Shown here one piece after another: positions 19,865 to 29,321 of a stretch of 64,000 nt of DNA. The notes under the pieces are model-generated. The model saw only the letters and a program-made list of their open reading frames with translations, was not told where the DNA came from and made no database searches. Numbering within the stretch: the first letter of the stretch is position 1; each line of letters begins with the position of its first letter. The translations under genes and the position numbers were made by a program. Origin of the DNA: an uncultured Bacteroidota bacterium (GTDB taxonomy: Bacteria > Bacteroidota > Bacteroidia > JABEUT01); NCBI GenBank assembly GCA_963767125.1, contig CAVYDB010000047.1:2585-66584 (forward strand), read 5' to 3'.

Positions 19865-20696
19865 TTAGCTTTTTATATTTTGCAACTTGTATCGCAACAG
19901 TTGATTTATTGTAACCCATTGCAACTATATCCCTGTTCATATAGCCTTTCCTATGCAGGTCAATAATTTCCTTTATCTTAGCACCACGCTTTTGGGTGAT
20001 TTTATTCTTATTTGATAGACTCACGTATCCGATAATTAAGTTATCAATGGTTTTTGGAATAGTTCTATTCCAAGTATTATCTTCAAATTTTAGCAACATA
20101 TCTGTCTTTTCCATAGCAAGTAACCTAAAATCGGAATATATTGAAAAATATAGTCCAAATATTGAACCATCATTTTTATCTTTTGGAATACCTGTATTGT
20201 AAAATTTAAGAGAATACCTTCTATCTATTGGCATACAAAGTTTAGGAAGAAGAAAATGTAGTGTTTTTGAAAAGGTAATCAACTTAGGCTTCCCATATGC
20301 TACTAAATTTAGGTTATTAAATAACTTTTCTAATGTCTCTCTTATATGATTTAATTCGTGATTGCTCAATTTTTCGATTTTATATAATTGAAGTGATTCT
20401 ATCATTTTTCTGTTTTTAATCAAGGAATTTTTGAATTCTTCAAATATTTGAAGTTTAGCACCTCTTTGATTCATATTCCACGCTTTCAATGTCACATAGA
20501 GAAGCTCAAAAAAATCGTCTGTAAATTTTTTATTGAATTGATTGCTATCGTGAAAATCTATGATTCTATTATATAAATAACCTCCTGGGTCATGAGGTCT
20601 ATATTGTGTCTTAGTATATGTTAGACAGTTTTCAATTCTATCATGAGATGAAAAGACATTTATCAAAGACTTTTTTATGACTTTTCTTACTGGCAT
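19854..20696 (-). CDS. Hypothetical protein, possible helix-hairpin-helix glycosylase-like fold with short C-terminal HTH-like tail
   Basis: 280-aa ORF; TLKAWNMNQRGAKL and SKTLHFLLPKLCMPIDRRY segments; tail GYMNRDIVAMGYNKSTVAIQV; overlaps the helicase start by 11 bp. Confidence 0.5.
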   Translation of the reverse strand: MPVRKVIKKSLINVFSSHDRIENCLTYTKTQYRPHDPGGYLYNRIIDFHDSNQFNKKFTDDFFELLYVTLKAWNMNQRGAKLQIFEEFKNSLIKNRKMIESLQLYKIEKLSNHELNHIRETLEKLFNNLNLVAYGKPKLITFSKTLHFLLPKLCMPIDRRYSLKFYNTGIPKDKNDGSIFGLYFSIYSDFRLLAMEKTDMLLKFEDNTWNRTIPKTIDNLIIGYVSLSNKNKITQKRGAKIKEIIDLHRKGYMNRDIVAMGYNKSTVAIQVAKYKKLNDE

Positions 20697-20730
20697 TGTT
20701 TTAAAATCATGACTTACAAGCGCTATACAC

Positions 20731-21453
20731 TTATCTCAATTCAAATTTTTCTCCCAGATACAACTTGCGGGCTTCGGGGTCATTGGCTAATTCTTCTGTT
20801 GTTCCGGCTTTCAATATTCTGCCTTCATAAAGGAGATAGGAGCGGTCGGTGATAGATAAGGTCTCATGAACATTATGGTCGGTAATAAGTATCCCGATAT
20901 TTTTCCTTTTCAGGTCTTTTACAATCTTCTGTATATCCTCCACCGCAATAGGGTCAATACCGGCAAAAGGCTCATCAAGTAATATGAATGAAGGGTCAAC
21001 AGCAAGGCAGCGGGCTATCTCCGTTCTCCGGCGTTCTCCACCAGAAAGCACATCTCCCCTTGCATCACGAATATGTGTTAATCCAAATTCTTCTAATAAA
21101 GATTCTACTTTCTTTCTTTGGTCTTCTTTCGAGAGGGTAGTCATTTCAAGCACTAACTTCAAATTATCCTGAACAGTCAGTTTACGAAACACCGATGGTT
21201 CCTGCGGAAGATAGGATATTCCCATCTTAGCCCGTTTATACATAGGTTCCCCTGTAATGCTCGTATCTTCCAAAAATATTTCTCCTTCATTGGGCTTTAC
21301 CAGCCCGACTATCATGTAGAATGTAGTCGTTTTCCCTGCACCATTAGGTCCCAAAAGCCCTACTATTTCACCCTTGCGAACCTCGACAGAAACATGGTTC
21401 ACAACCGTTCGGCGTTTATATCTTTTTACCAGTTCTGTAGTGCGGAGTATCAT
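20731..21453 (-). CDS. lptB: LPS export ABC transporter ATP-binding protein
   Basis: [62 protein letters not shown]. Confidence 0.97.
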   Translation of the reverse strand: MILRTTELVKRYKRRTVVNHVSVEVRKGEIVGLLGPNGAGKTTTFYMIVGLVKPNEGEIFLEDTSITGEPMYKRAKMGISYLPQEPSVFRKLTVQDNLKLVLEMTTLSKEDQRKKVESLLEEFGLTHIRDARGDVLSGGERRRTEIARCLAVDPSFILLDEPFAGIDPIAVEDIQKIVKDLKRKNIGILITDHNVHETLSITDRSYLLYEGRILKAGTTEELANDPEARKLYLGEKFELR

Positions 21454-21545
21454 TAAGTCTATAAAGTTAGGGAGTTCGTAAAGTTTGTAAAGTTATAAAG
21501 TTTATAAAGTCGAAGATTTTACTTTTCACTTTATAAATTTTCAAC

Positions 21546-22409
21546 TTACATGGTATCCAATGCCATCAGGTAACTCCCGTAACCACTTTTCAATAGTGGT
21601 GTGGCAAGCTTTTTTAGTTGGGTATTATCAATATAGCCCATGCGATAGGCAACCTCTTCAATACAGCCAATTTTCAAGCCCTGACGTTCTTCAATCACCT
21701 GTACAAATTGGCTTGCCTGCATAAGAGACGCAAATGTACCGGTATCAAGCCAGGCAGTTCCCCGGTCCAGGACACTTACTTTCAGTTTTTCCATTTTCAA
21801 GTATTCTTTGTTTACATCCGTAATTTCATACTCACCCCTTGCGCTTGGCTTAAGGTTCTTGGCTATTTCAACTACTGAATTATCGTAAAAATATAGACCT
21901 GGAACAGCATAATTAGATTTGGGCTTTTCAGGCTTTTCCTCAATGGATATTACCTTGTTATTTTTATCAAATTCAGCCACACCATAGCGTTCCGGGTCTG
22001 AAACGTGATAGGCATATATTATCCCACCATCAGGGTCGCGGTTATCTTGCAACAGTCTGCCAAGCCCAACCCCATAAAAAATATTATCACCCAAAATCAG
22101 GGCGACTTTCTCATTGCCTATAAATTTTTCACCAATCACAAAAGCCTGCGCCAGCCCATTGGGAACCTGCTGTTCGGCATATTCAAAAGTACAACCAAGC
22201 GATTTTCCGTCGCCCAACAATCTCTTAAACCCCGGCAAGTCATGGGGTGTAGAAATAATAAGTATTTCATTAATACCCGTCATCATAAGGACAGATAAAG
22301 GATAATATATCATAGGCTTATCATAAATGGGCATCAGCTGCTTGCTAATGCCCAGAGTGAGGGGATGAAGTCGTGTACCAGAGCCCCCTGCGAGAATAAT
22401 TCCTTTCAT
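21546..22409 (-). CDS. rfbA: Glucose-1-phosphate thymidylyltransferase (RmlA)
   Basis: [49 protein letters not shown]. Confidence 0.97.
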   Translation of the reverse strand: MKGIILAGGSGTRLHPLTLGISKQLMPIYDKPMIYYPLSVLMMTGINEILIISTPHDLPGFKRLLGDGKSLGCTFEYAEQQVPNGLAQAFVIGEKFIGNEKVALILGDNIFYGVGLGRLLQDNRDPDGGIIYAYHVSDPERYGVAEFDKNNKVISIEEKPEKPKSNYAVPGLYFYDNSVVEIAKNLKPSARGEYEITDVNKEYLKMEKLKVSVLDRGTAWLDTGTFASLMQASQFVQVIEERQGLKIGCIEEVAYRMGYIDNTQLKKLATPLLKSGYGSYLMALDTM

Positions 22410-22504
22410 ACGAGTGTTTTCAAATAGTGCGACTAAACTACGAAGTTTTCAACACTTCTTTGACAATTCATAACTCTTAATTTAACATTCATAATTATTG
22501 GTAC

Positions 22505-22512
22505 TATCTTTG
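22505..22512 (+). promoter_or_regulatory. -7 promoter element TATCTTTG
   Basis: TAnnTTTG 26 bp upstream of ATG 22538. Confidence 0.6.
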
Positions 22513-22537
22513 GCAGCAAATAATCTTATCTCATATC

Positions 22538-23701
22538 ATGAAATTTGCCACCAAAGCCATCCATGCAGGGCAGGAACCTGACCCAACAACAGGAGCTATA
22601 ATGACTCCCATTTACCAAACTTCCACCTACGTGCAGGCTTCCCCCGGCGACCATAAGGGATATGAATATTCCCGTACCCAAAACCCAACACGTACTGCAT
22701 TGGAAGCTAACCTTGCCGCCCTTGAAGAAGGAAAACACGGGCTTTGTTTCAGCAGCGGCATGGCAGCGGAAGATGCGGTAATAAAGTTATTAAACCCCGG
22801 CGATGAAGTTATTTCCACCAATGATTTGTACGGCGGCTCATTCCGAATGTTTACCAAAATATTTGCCAAGTATGGAATAAAGTTTCATTTCATTCCTATG
22901 GCAGATGTTAAAGAAGTGGCGAAGTATATCAATAAAAATACCAAACTTATCTGGATAGAGACCCCTACTAATCCCATGCTTAATATTATAGATATTAAAG
23001 CCATTTCTGCCCTTGCCAAAAAATCCGCCCCTAAAGGTTCGGACAGGAATAAAATATTAGTAGGTGTTGATAATACTTTTGCTACGCCTTATCTCCAGAC
23101 CCCTTTGAAATTGGGTGCCGATATTGTAACCCATTCCGTAACCAAATATTTAGGTGGTCACTCAGATGTTATTATGGGTGCCATTGTTTGCAATGACGAT
23201 GCTTTATGTGAGCAACTTCGTTTTATTCAAAATAGTTGTGGAGCTATTCCTTCCCCTCACGATTGCTTCCTTGTATTAAGAGGAATTAAAACCTTGCACA
23301 TCCGCATGGACAGGCACTGTGAGAATGCAATTAAAGTTTGCAAGTATTTAGTTTCACACCCAAAAGCAGATAAGATTTATTTTCCGGGGTTGCCAACCCA
23401 TAAGAACCATAAAGTTGCTAAGCAGCAAATGAATGGCTTTGGAGGAATGATGTCTTTTACGTTAAAACATGATAATATTAAGGAAGCCCATAAAGTGCTT
23501 TCCCGTTTTAAGGTGTTCTCACTTGCTGAATCACTTGGAGGAGTGGAATCACTCTGTGGGCATCCTGCCACTATGACACATGCTTCTATTCCCAAAGATG
23601 TGCGTGAAAAATCTGGTGTGGTTGATTCGCTTATCCGGCTGAGTGTAGGCATTGAAGATGCCAATGACCTTATTGAAGACTTAAAACAGGCTTTAAAATA
23701 A
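22538..23701 (+). CDS. Cystathionine gamma-synthase/lyase (Cys/Met metabolism PLP enzyme)
   Basis: YSRTQNPT, SGMAA, ETPTNP, DNTFATP, PLP-lysine HSVTKYLGGHSD, AESLGGVESL. Confidence 0.93.
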   Translation: MKFATKAIHAGQEPDPTTGAIMTPIYQTSTYVQASPGDHKGYEYSRTQNPTRTALEANLAALEEGKHGLCFSSGMAAEDAVIKLLNPGDEVISTNDLYGGSFRMFTKIFAKYGIKFHFIPMADVKEVAKYINKNTKLIWIETPTNPMLNIIDIKAISALAKKSAPKGSDRNKILVGVDNTFATPYLQTPLKLGADIVTHSVTKYLGGHSDVIMGAIVCNDDALCEQLRFIQNSCGAIPSPHDCFLVLRGIKTLHIRMDRHCENAIKVCKYLVSHPKADKIYFPGLPTHKNHKVAKQQMNGFGGMMSFTLKHDNIKEAHKVLSRFKVFSLAESLGGVESLCGHPATMTHASIPKDVREKSGVVDSLIRLSVGIEDANDLIEDLKQALK

Positions 23702-23707
23702 CTATCT

Positions 23708-24493
23708 ATGATAGACTTAACAAGCAAAAGAGCCTTAGTATGCGGAAGCACACAGGGCATAGGCAAAGCTTCGGCTATGGTGCTTGCCAAACAGGGAGCA
23801 AGTATAACCTTAGCAGCAAGAAATGAGGAGGCATTAAAACAAACTCTGAATGATCTTCCCGCTTTTTCTTCACAAAAGCATGACTATATAGTTGCCGATT
23901 TTAACCAGCCCGAAATGCTTAAAAAGAGCGTAGAAAGTTATCTTTCCGGAGGAAATGAGTTTCATATTTTATTGAATAACACCGGAGGGCCTCCCGGTGG
24001 GGAAATTGTGAATGCAAAGCCGGAAGATTTTATACAAACATTCCAGCGCCATGTTATTTGTAACCAGATATTAGCCCAGCTTCTTATCCCCGGAATGAAG
24101 AAGAATAAATACGGGCGAATCATAAACATTATTTCTACTTCAGTTAAAGAACCAATTAAAGGCTTAGGTATATCAAATACCATACGTGCAGCAGTTGCCA
24201 ATTGGGCAAAGACTATGTCTATTGAATTAGGTCCTTTTGGAATTACTGTGAATAATATATTACCCGGCTCTACTGAAACCGTCCGTATTTATGAAATAAT
24301 AAATAAGGTAGTTGAAAAGTCAGGTAAAAGCCCAGAAGCAGTAAAAGCGGATATGATTAGCAGGATTCCTGCAGGAAGATTTGCCGCTCCGGATGAGATA
24401 GCATATTCTGTTGCTTTTCTCGCATCTGCGGAAGCAGCTTACATTAATGGCATTAATCTTACTGTGGATGGAGGAAGGATGGGGAGTATGTAG
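23708..24493 (+). CDS. Short-chain dehydrogenase/reductase
   Basis: GSTQGIG, NNTGGP, SNTIR, NNILPG, VDGG. Confidence 0.92.
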   Translation: MIDLTSKRALVCGSTQGIGKASAMVLAKQGASITLAARNEEALKQTLNDLPAFSSQKHDYIVADFNQPEMLKKSVESYLSGGNEFHILLNNTGGPPGGEIVNAKPEDFIQTFQRHVICNQILAQLLIPGMKKNKYGRIINIISTSVKEPIKGLGISNTIRAAVANWAKTMSIELGPFGITVNNILPGSTETVRIYEIINKVVEKSGKSPEAVKADMISRIPAGRFAAPDEIAYSVAFLASAEAAYINGINLTVDGGRMGSM

Positions 24494-24535
24494 TTTGTTT
24501 CTTATAAAAAGGCGTATGCTGTTATATTCTTAAAG

Positions 24536-25459
24536 CTATTTGATTTCCACATCGTTGCGGTTTCTACTCAAATAACCAATCCGTATGCCTAAAGAAATTT
24601 TTAGCATGTTTGTTTGCAGCACATTGGTGAATGATTCATTGGCCGAGGTATAATAGGCAGCCCCATTAATTACTTGTGATTCGTTTTCCGAAAGAGCGCC
24701 GTTATACCGGGTATGCACCCAACTGTATTCTATTCCAAGAACATAAGCTTTAAAATAGAAATTTATTCCGGCTGAAGCATTTATATTAACATGAAAATCA
24801 CTTGAATCCCGAAGACTATAGCGCGTGGTCGTCATATTACCCGATGGATCGGTATATGTATATAAGGCATGTTCCCCGCCGGGGGCGCTTCCAAACGGAT
24901 CAATAGTGCCATAAATACCTATACCTATATCTGGTGCCGGCGTAAAATACAGGGCAGGACCTACCTTAAACCCTAAATATAAAAAAGGCGAAGTTCCCAT
25001 AGCTATATTATAATTGTTCCAGGGTACATTATTCCAATTAAGAGGTATATATCCAAAATCAAGCGCTTCATCTATCCCGAAATTTATCTTTTTAGTTTTA
25101 CGCAGGGATGAGAAACCTTCAAACTCAAGGCCATACCCCGGTTTTGCACCCATACCCCCTACCCCTTTAAAAGGAAGTATTAAGTTACCTAATACCCCAT
25201 TTATATTTGCAGGATTTACAACAGGCGTAGCTATGGACTGTGAAAATAAACCCTGGGGTAAAATAACACCCAGTTTTATAGAAAAGAGAATATCACCATG
25301 AGCATTGTTACTATCTGGTTTTATTGTATCTTTTGTTAATTGCCCTTGCCCTAAATTTGCCTGCGCCTTCAGAGGTGTTCTTTCAAAAAATAAAAATGAA
25401 AATAGAAACACTAAAATGAAATTTGAAACAAAGTCAGAATTTCGCATTCTATTTATCAC
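24536..25459 (-). CDS. Hypothetical secreted or outer-membrane beta-barrel-like protein
   Basis: Signal-peptide-like N-terminus; alternating beta-strand pattern; ends KISLGIRIGY plus short tail. Confidence 0.5.
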   Translation of the reverse strand: MINRMRNSDFVSNFILVFLFSFLFFERTPLKAQANLGQGQLTKDTIKPDSNNAHGDILFSIKLGVILPQGLFSQSIATPVVNPANINGVLGNLILPFKGVGGMGAKPGYGLEFEGFSSLRKTKKINFGIDEALDFGYIPLNWNNVPWNNYNIAMGTSPFLYLGFKVGPALYFTPAPDIGIGIYGTIDPFGSAPGGEHALYTYTDPSGNMTTTRYSLRDSSDFHVNINASAGINFYFKAYVLGIEYSWVHTRYNGALSENESQVINGAAYYTSANESFTNVLQTNMLKISLGIRIGYLSRNRNDVEIK

Positions 25460-25624
25460 GGCGGGGTATTAACTCTTTTGATTTATAGGCACTCCTTCCA
25501 ATATATACTTATATTGGAAGAGCTTGCAAACTTATACAATTGCAATATACATTATTGCGATTATATTCCTTTACCATAAACAATTTTCATAAAGGGATTT
25601 GAGATAGAAAAGCAAATACTAACT

Positions 25625-26278
25625 TTGTATTATTATTACGGCAGCATGGCTCTCACTTTCAAAAAAAAAGTTATTATTCCTCTCCTTTCTAAAGCATTTG
25701 TTTTTGCTGTTCTCCTGTCATCATGCAATAATAGTACCCCCAATAACAATTCTATTCTTCCAAACAGGCCAACTGATGTTACTAAAACAATTCCAACTGA
25801 AATAAGCGTATTAGGCACTTATATTCACTCTTTAGCGCTTCCTTTTAAAGATACTTGCTATGACACTATGACTGTTCAAAAAAGAAAGATTCCTGATAGC
25901 CTTTCCAAATTTAAAACGTACGGTCAATTTATAGGGAAGGTGAGTGAAACCAGGCAATATATAGCTATTCTCTATTCCATTCCTGCTGATGTGCAACTTC
26001 CGGTACTGCATACATTTAATGCGAATGGAGATAAGATTTCATCGTTGAAACTATTTATAGGCAACTGTTGCGGAGAAAACGAAGGCTGTTCAGGCTTATC
26101 CACAGTTCAAATCACCAGGGATTTGCACATCATTTTAAAAGATTCTATGCAGACTTTTGAACGTAATAAAAGAAAGTTTACTAAGAAAAAGGATATACAG
26201 ACGTTTAAGAAATACGAGGAATATAAAATAGACAGTACTGGCAAAATACTAAAAGTAGGCGCCGGTGACCTACCTTAA
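25625..26278 (+). CDS. Hypothetical lipoprotein
   Basis: Lipobox LLSSC; C-terminal YKIDSTGKI. Confidence 0.55.
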   Translation: MYYYYGSMALTFKKKVIIPLLSKAFVFAVLLSSCNNSTPNNNSILPNRPTDVTKTIPTEISVLGTYIHSLALPFKDTCYDTMTVQKRKIPDSLSKFKTYGQFIGKVSETRQYIAILYSIPADVQLPVLHTFNANGDKISSLKLFIGNCCGENEGCSGLSTVQITRDLHIILKDSMQTFERNKRKFTKKKDIQTFKKYEEYKIDSTGKILKVGAGDLP

Positions 26279-26869
26279 CTGTAAAGGTTTTCCAAACCGG
26301 TTCATCGGGTATATATCGGGACGCTTATACAGGCTGTCATTAAAGCGCTTAAGTTCGGGATAGCGTAACCCCACTACCCCACTCTCTTCGAATTCAGCGC
26401 TTCCGCCAATATAGCCGTTTATGTTTACAGAAATAAAAACAGAGTCTTCCCCTCCGTCAAAAAATGCCTCTTCAATATTCAAAAACAATTCTCCTCCGTT
26501 TTTGTCCATTAGCTTAAAGCCATTTTCAGGTATTATGCTTATCATGTTTTTAAGGTCGTTTCCTAGCACTTCAGGCTTAATCGTATCGCAAAAAAAACGT
26601 ATTTCCTTTATCACAAAAATGTATCCTGAATTTATAGTATCCCATACATATTCCACTGTCTTGGTTACATAAGCCCCGCTATCTACAAAAGTTGTATCGG
26701 TATTATATACTACATAGTTTATTTTATCACCAAAGGCATTAAAATATTGTGGAATTGCCGTTTTATTAACATTCCTCCCTTTTTGAGAGGAAGGTTTTTG
26801 TTGAGCTATTAAAGGGTGGGTTTCAGCAAACAGGCAAAAAGCTATTAAAAGAAAATAGAAATGCTTCAT
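26270..26869 (-). CDS. Hypothetical secreted protein
   Basis: Signal peptide MKHFYFLLIAFCLFA. Confidence 0.55.
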   Translation of the reverse strand: MKHFYFLLIAFCLFAETHPLIAQQKPSSQKGRNVNKTAIPQYFNAFGDKINYVVYNTDTTFVDSGAYVTKTVEYVWDTINSGYIFVIKEIRFFCDTIKPEVLGNDLKNMISIIPENGFKLMDKNGGELFLNIEEAFFDGGEDSVFISVNINGYIGGSAEFEESGVVGLRYPELKRFNDSLYKRPDIYPMNRFGKPLQLR

Positions 26870-26926
26870 TCAACCATTTGGTTTTATTGCTATTGAAAAT
26901 TAACTATACCCGAATAATTCCAATAT

Positions 26927-27400
26927 TTACTTGTTACCCTGCTTTATTTCAACGCCTACAAGTTTTTCGCCTATTACAGTAGTATTAGTATAAATTATTA
27001 GTGAGGTAGCTATTTCCACACGGTTAGGGTTACCATCGGTATTTCCTCCCTGGCTTGCAGATTTATTAATATCATTCAGGGTAACAGTATAGTCTTTGCA
27101 ATTATAACTCATACTATTTTCAGCATTTAATCCGCCTGTGAGCCTTAAGCTGGTCCCGTTAATGCTGATATGGGCTATAGTAGCATTGGAATCGGTATAA
27201 AAAACATAAGACCGGGTACTAAAATCTTTCTTATTAAGGGAAAGCAGGTAATTATTATTCCCTGAAAGCTGGGATGGAGGTACTATTTTATCAACCGAGA
27301 AAGAAGGCTTTGCAGTTCCATTTTGGGTAGGATTATGTTGGGCTGAAACTACCTGTGAAATAGAAATGGCTATTAGAAAACTGAGAAAAAAAGGTTTCAT
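26927..27400 (-). CDS. Hypothetical secreted protein
   Basis: Signal peptide MKPFFLSFLIAISISQVVSA. Confidence 0.6.
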   Translation of the reverse strand: MKPFFLSFLIAISISQVVSAQHNPTQNGTAKPSFSVDKIVPPSQLSGNNNYLLSLNKKDFSTRSYVFYTDSNATIAHISINGTSLRLTGGLNAENSMSYNCKDYTVTLNDINKSASQGGNTDGNPNRVEIATSLIIYTNTTVIGEKLVGVEIKQGNK

Positions 27401-27473
27401 ACTTTAAAATTAATAAACAAAGTTAAACATTCTTTTATTACTTCTGCAAAGTACCCAACTAAGCCCGTTAAAT

Positions 27474-29321
27474 TTAATGTGAAGCATTCCTCAGGGCGTT
27501 TTGAGCCCTCGATAAATTATCTTTTGCTGATGTTTGACCGGGGTCTAAACTTAGCGCCTTTTGAGAGTAATAAGCACATGAATCAAACCGGCCGATATTA
27601 TAAAACGCAGCACCAAGGTTAGTATAGATTGCGGCATCATTAGGGTTTTCAGAAACTCCCGCTTCAAAAACGGGGATTGCCCTTGCATAATCTTTCCGGT
27701 TAAAATATATTACCCCCAAATTTTGATACGCAGCTACATACCTCGGGTCGGCATTAATACAGTTCCTAAATGCTACTGCTGCAGAGTCAAAATTCCCCAT
27801 AGAGTAATAATTCCAGCCCATGTTATATAAGGCTTCAGAATAACGGGGCATTATTTTTAATGAAGCATTATATTCTGCAATTGCCTTATTGAAAAAATTA
27901 GCCTTATCCACCGGGTTGTTGGTCTTATTGGCGGTGTCGGTGTAGGTTATTGCCATAGACTGGTGTGCACGGGCACTGTTTGGGGAAGTCAGTACACCCG
28001 ATTCAAACAACGTAAAGTTATTTTCCCAGTCAGTATTCCTGGCAACTGTTTTGACACTAAAGGCAAGGAGAATTATTCCGGCAACCGCATAAAGAGCTGT
28101 AAGGTTAGGCCGGAGAGTATCTATCTTCACTTTTAAAAGCCTGAGAATTAAAAATGCAACAGCTATACAAAACCCCAGGGAGGAAGTATATAAAAACCTT
28201 TCGCCCATAGATGAACCTATTTTTACAAAAAGATTGGATACAAGCATCATGGTTATTATATAATACAATATCCCAAATGAAACGGGATCCTTTCGTTTTA
28301 AACGTAAAAAGGCATAGGTTATTAGCCCGGCATAAAGCAGCAAAGATGCAAGCGCCTGAATACTTGAAAGAGAGACAATAGGTATCTGGTTAAAAGAATA
28401 ATCCCAGCTTAAAGTGATGGGTAGAAATAGGAGCCAAACATATTTTCCTAAAATAAATATTGTGGTTGCCAGTCTGTCAGCGCCTGTTTTGGCTGCCATA
28501 AGGGTATTATTAATCACTTCCATTTGTTCGTTGAAGGTAATAGAATCGAGTACATGCCCCCGGATAAACATGTAAAGAATAACGATAAGGCCATAAGGTA
28601 TTGCAAGCATAATAATTTTCTTCAACTGGAATTCAGTAAAAAAATAGAACACCATAGGTATTATAATGGCATACATAAGCACTGTTTCCTTACTTAGAAT
28701 AGCGAGGAAGAAAAATATCCAGCTCAGAAACTTATAGTAGTTTGGCATATTGAAACAATAATGCTGGAGTGAACAATATAACGCAAGAATACAGAGTAAC
28801 AGGCTCAGTATTTCATCGCGGCTTTTAATATTAGCTACCACTTCGGTATGCACTGGGTGGGCAACAAACAATAATGTAATGAACAGGGGAACGACATAAT
28901 TATACTTCCGGAAAATTTTAGTTAAGGTAAGGAACAGAAAAACAGCGGTAATGGCATACCAAAACACATTAAAAAAGTGGTGTACATGGGGATTATTCCC
29001 GAAAAATTGCTTTTCAATAGCGATACTGGTAAGCGTAACCGGGCGATAAGACTGGTCATTAGCCCTGTTAAAACCATATAAAAAACCTTTGGAAAAAATA
29101 TGCCCTATCCCACTCACACCTTGCTGCACAAATTCATTTCTGCGGGTAATAATATCATCATCCAGCGCATAGTCATGCATTATGGTATTACCGTAAAGTA
29201 TAAAAGTGAAAACTACCAACCCAATTATTACTGCCCACTTTTGTGAATAGGGCAATTCAAATTTCAGGTCAATTTTTTTCTGAGGGGCTTTAGGTGTCTG
29301 CTTTTTCTGAACCGGTTTCAT
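27474..29321 (-). CDS. TMTC-like (GT105-type) membrane glycosyltransferase with TPR tail
   Basis: LDDD, SYRPVT, HPVHTEVVANIKSRDE, LSKET, GERFLY, RNTDW motifs, then TPR repeats. Confidence 0.8.
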   Translation of the reverse strand: MKPVQKKQTPKAPQKKIDLKFELPYSQKWAVIIGLVVFTFILYGNTIMHDYALDDDIITRRNEFVQQGVSGIGHIFSKGFLYGFNRANDQSYRPVTLTSIAIEKQFFGNNPHVHHFFNVFWYAITAVFLFLTLTKIFRKYNYVVPLFITLLFVAHPVHTEVVANIKSRDEILSLLLCILALYCSLQHYCFNMPNYYKFLSWIFFFLAILSKETVLMYAIIIPMVFYFFTEFQLKKIIMLAIPYGLIVILYMFIRGHVLDSITFNEQMEVINNTLMAAKTGADRLATTIFILGKYVWLLFLPITLSWDYSFNQIPIVSLSSIQALASLLLYAGLITYAFLRLKRKDPVSFGILYYIITMMLVSNLFVKIGSSMGERFLYTSSLGFCIAVAFLILRLLKVKIDTLRPNLTALYAVAGIILLAFSVKTVARNTDWENNFTLFESGVLTSPNSARAHQSMAITYTDTANKTNNPVDKANFFNKAIAEYNASLKIMPRYSEALYNMGWNYYSMGNFDSAAVAFRNCINADPRYVAAYQNLGVIYFNRKDYARAIPVFEAGVSENPNDAAIYTNLGAAFYNIGRFDSCAYYSQKALSLDPGQTSAKDNLSRAQNALRNASH

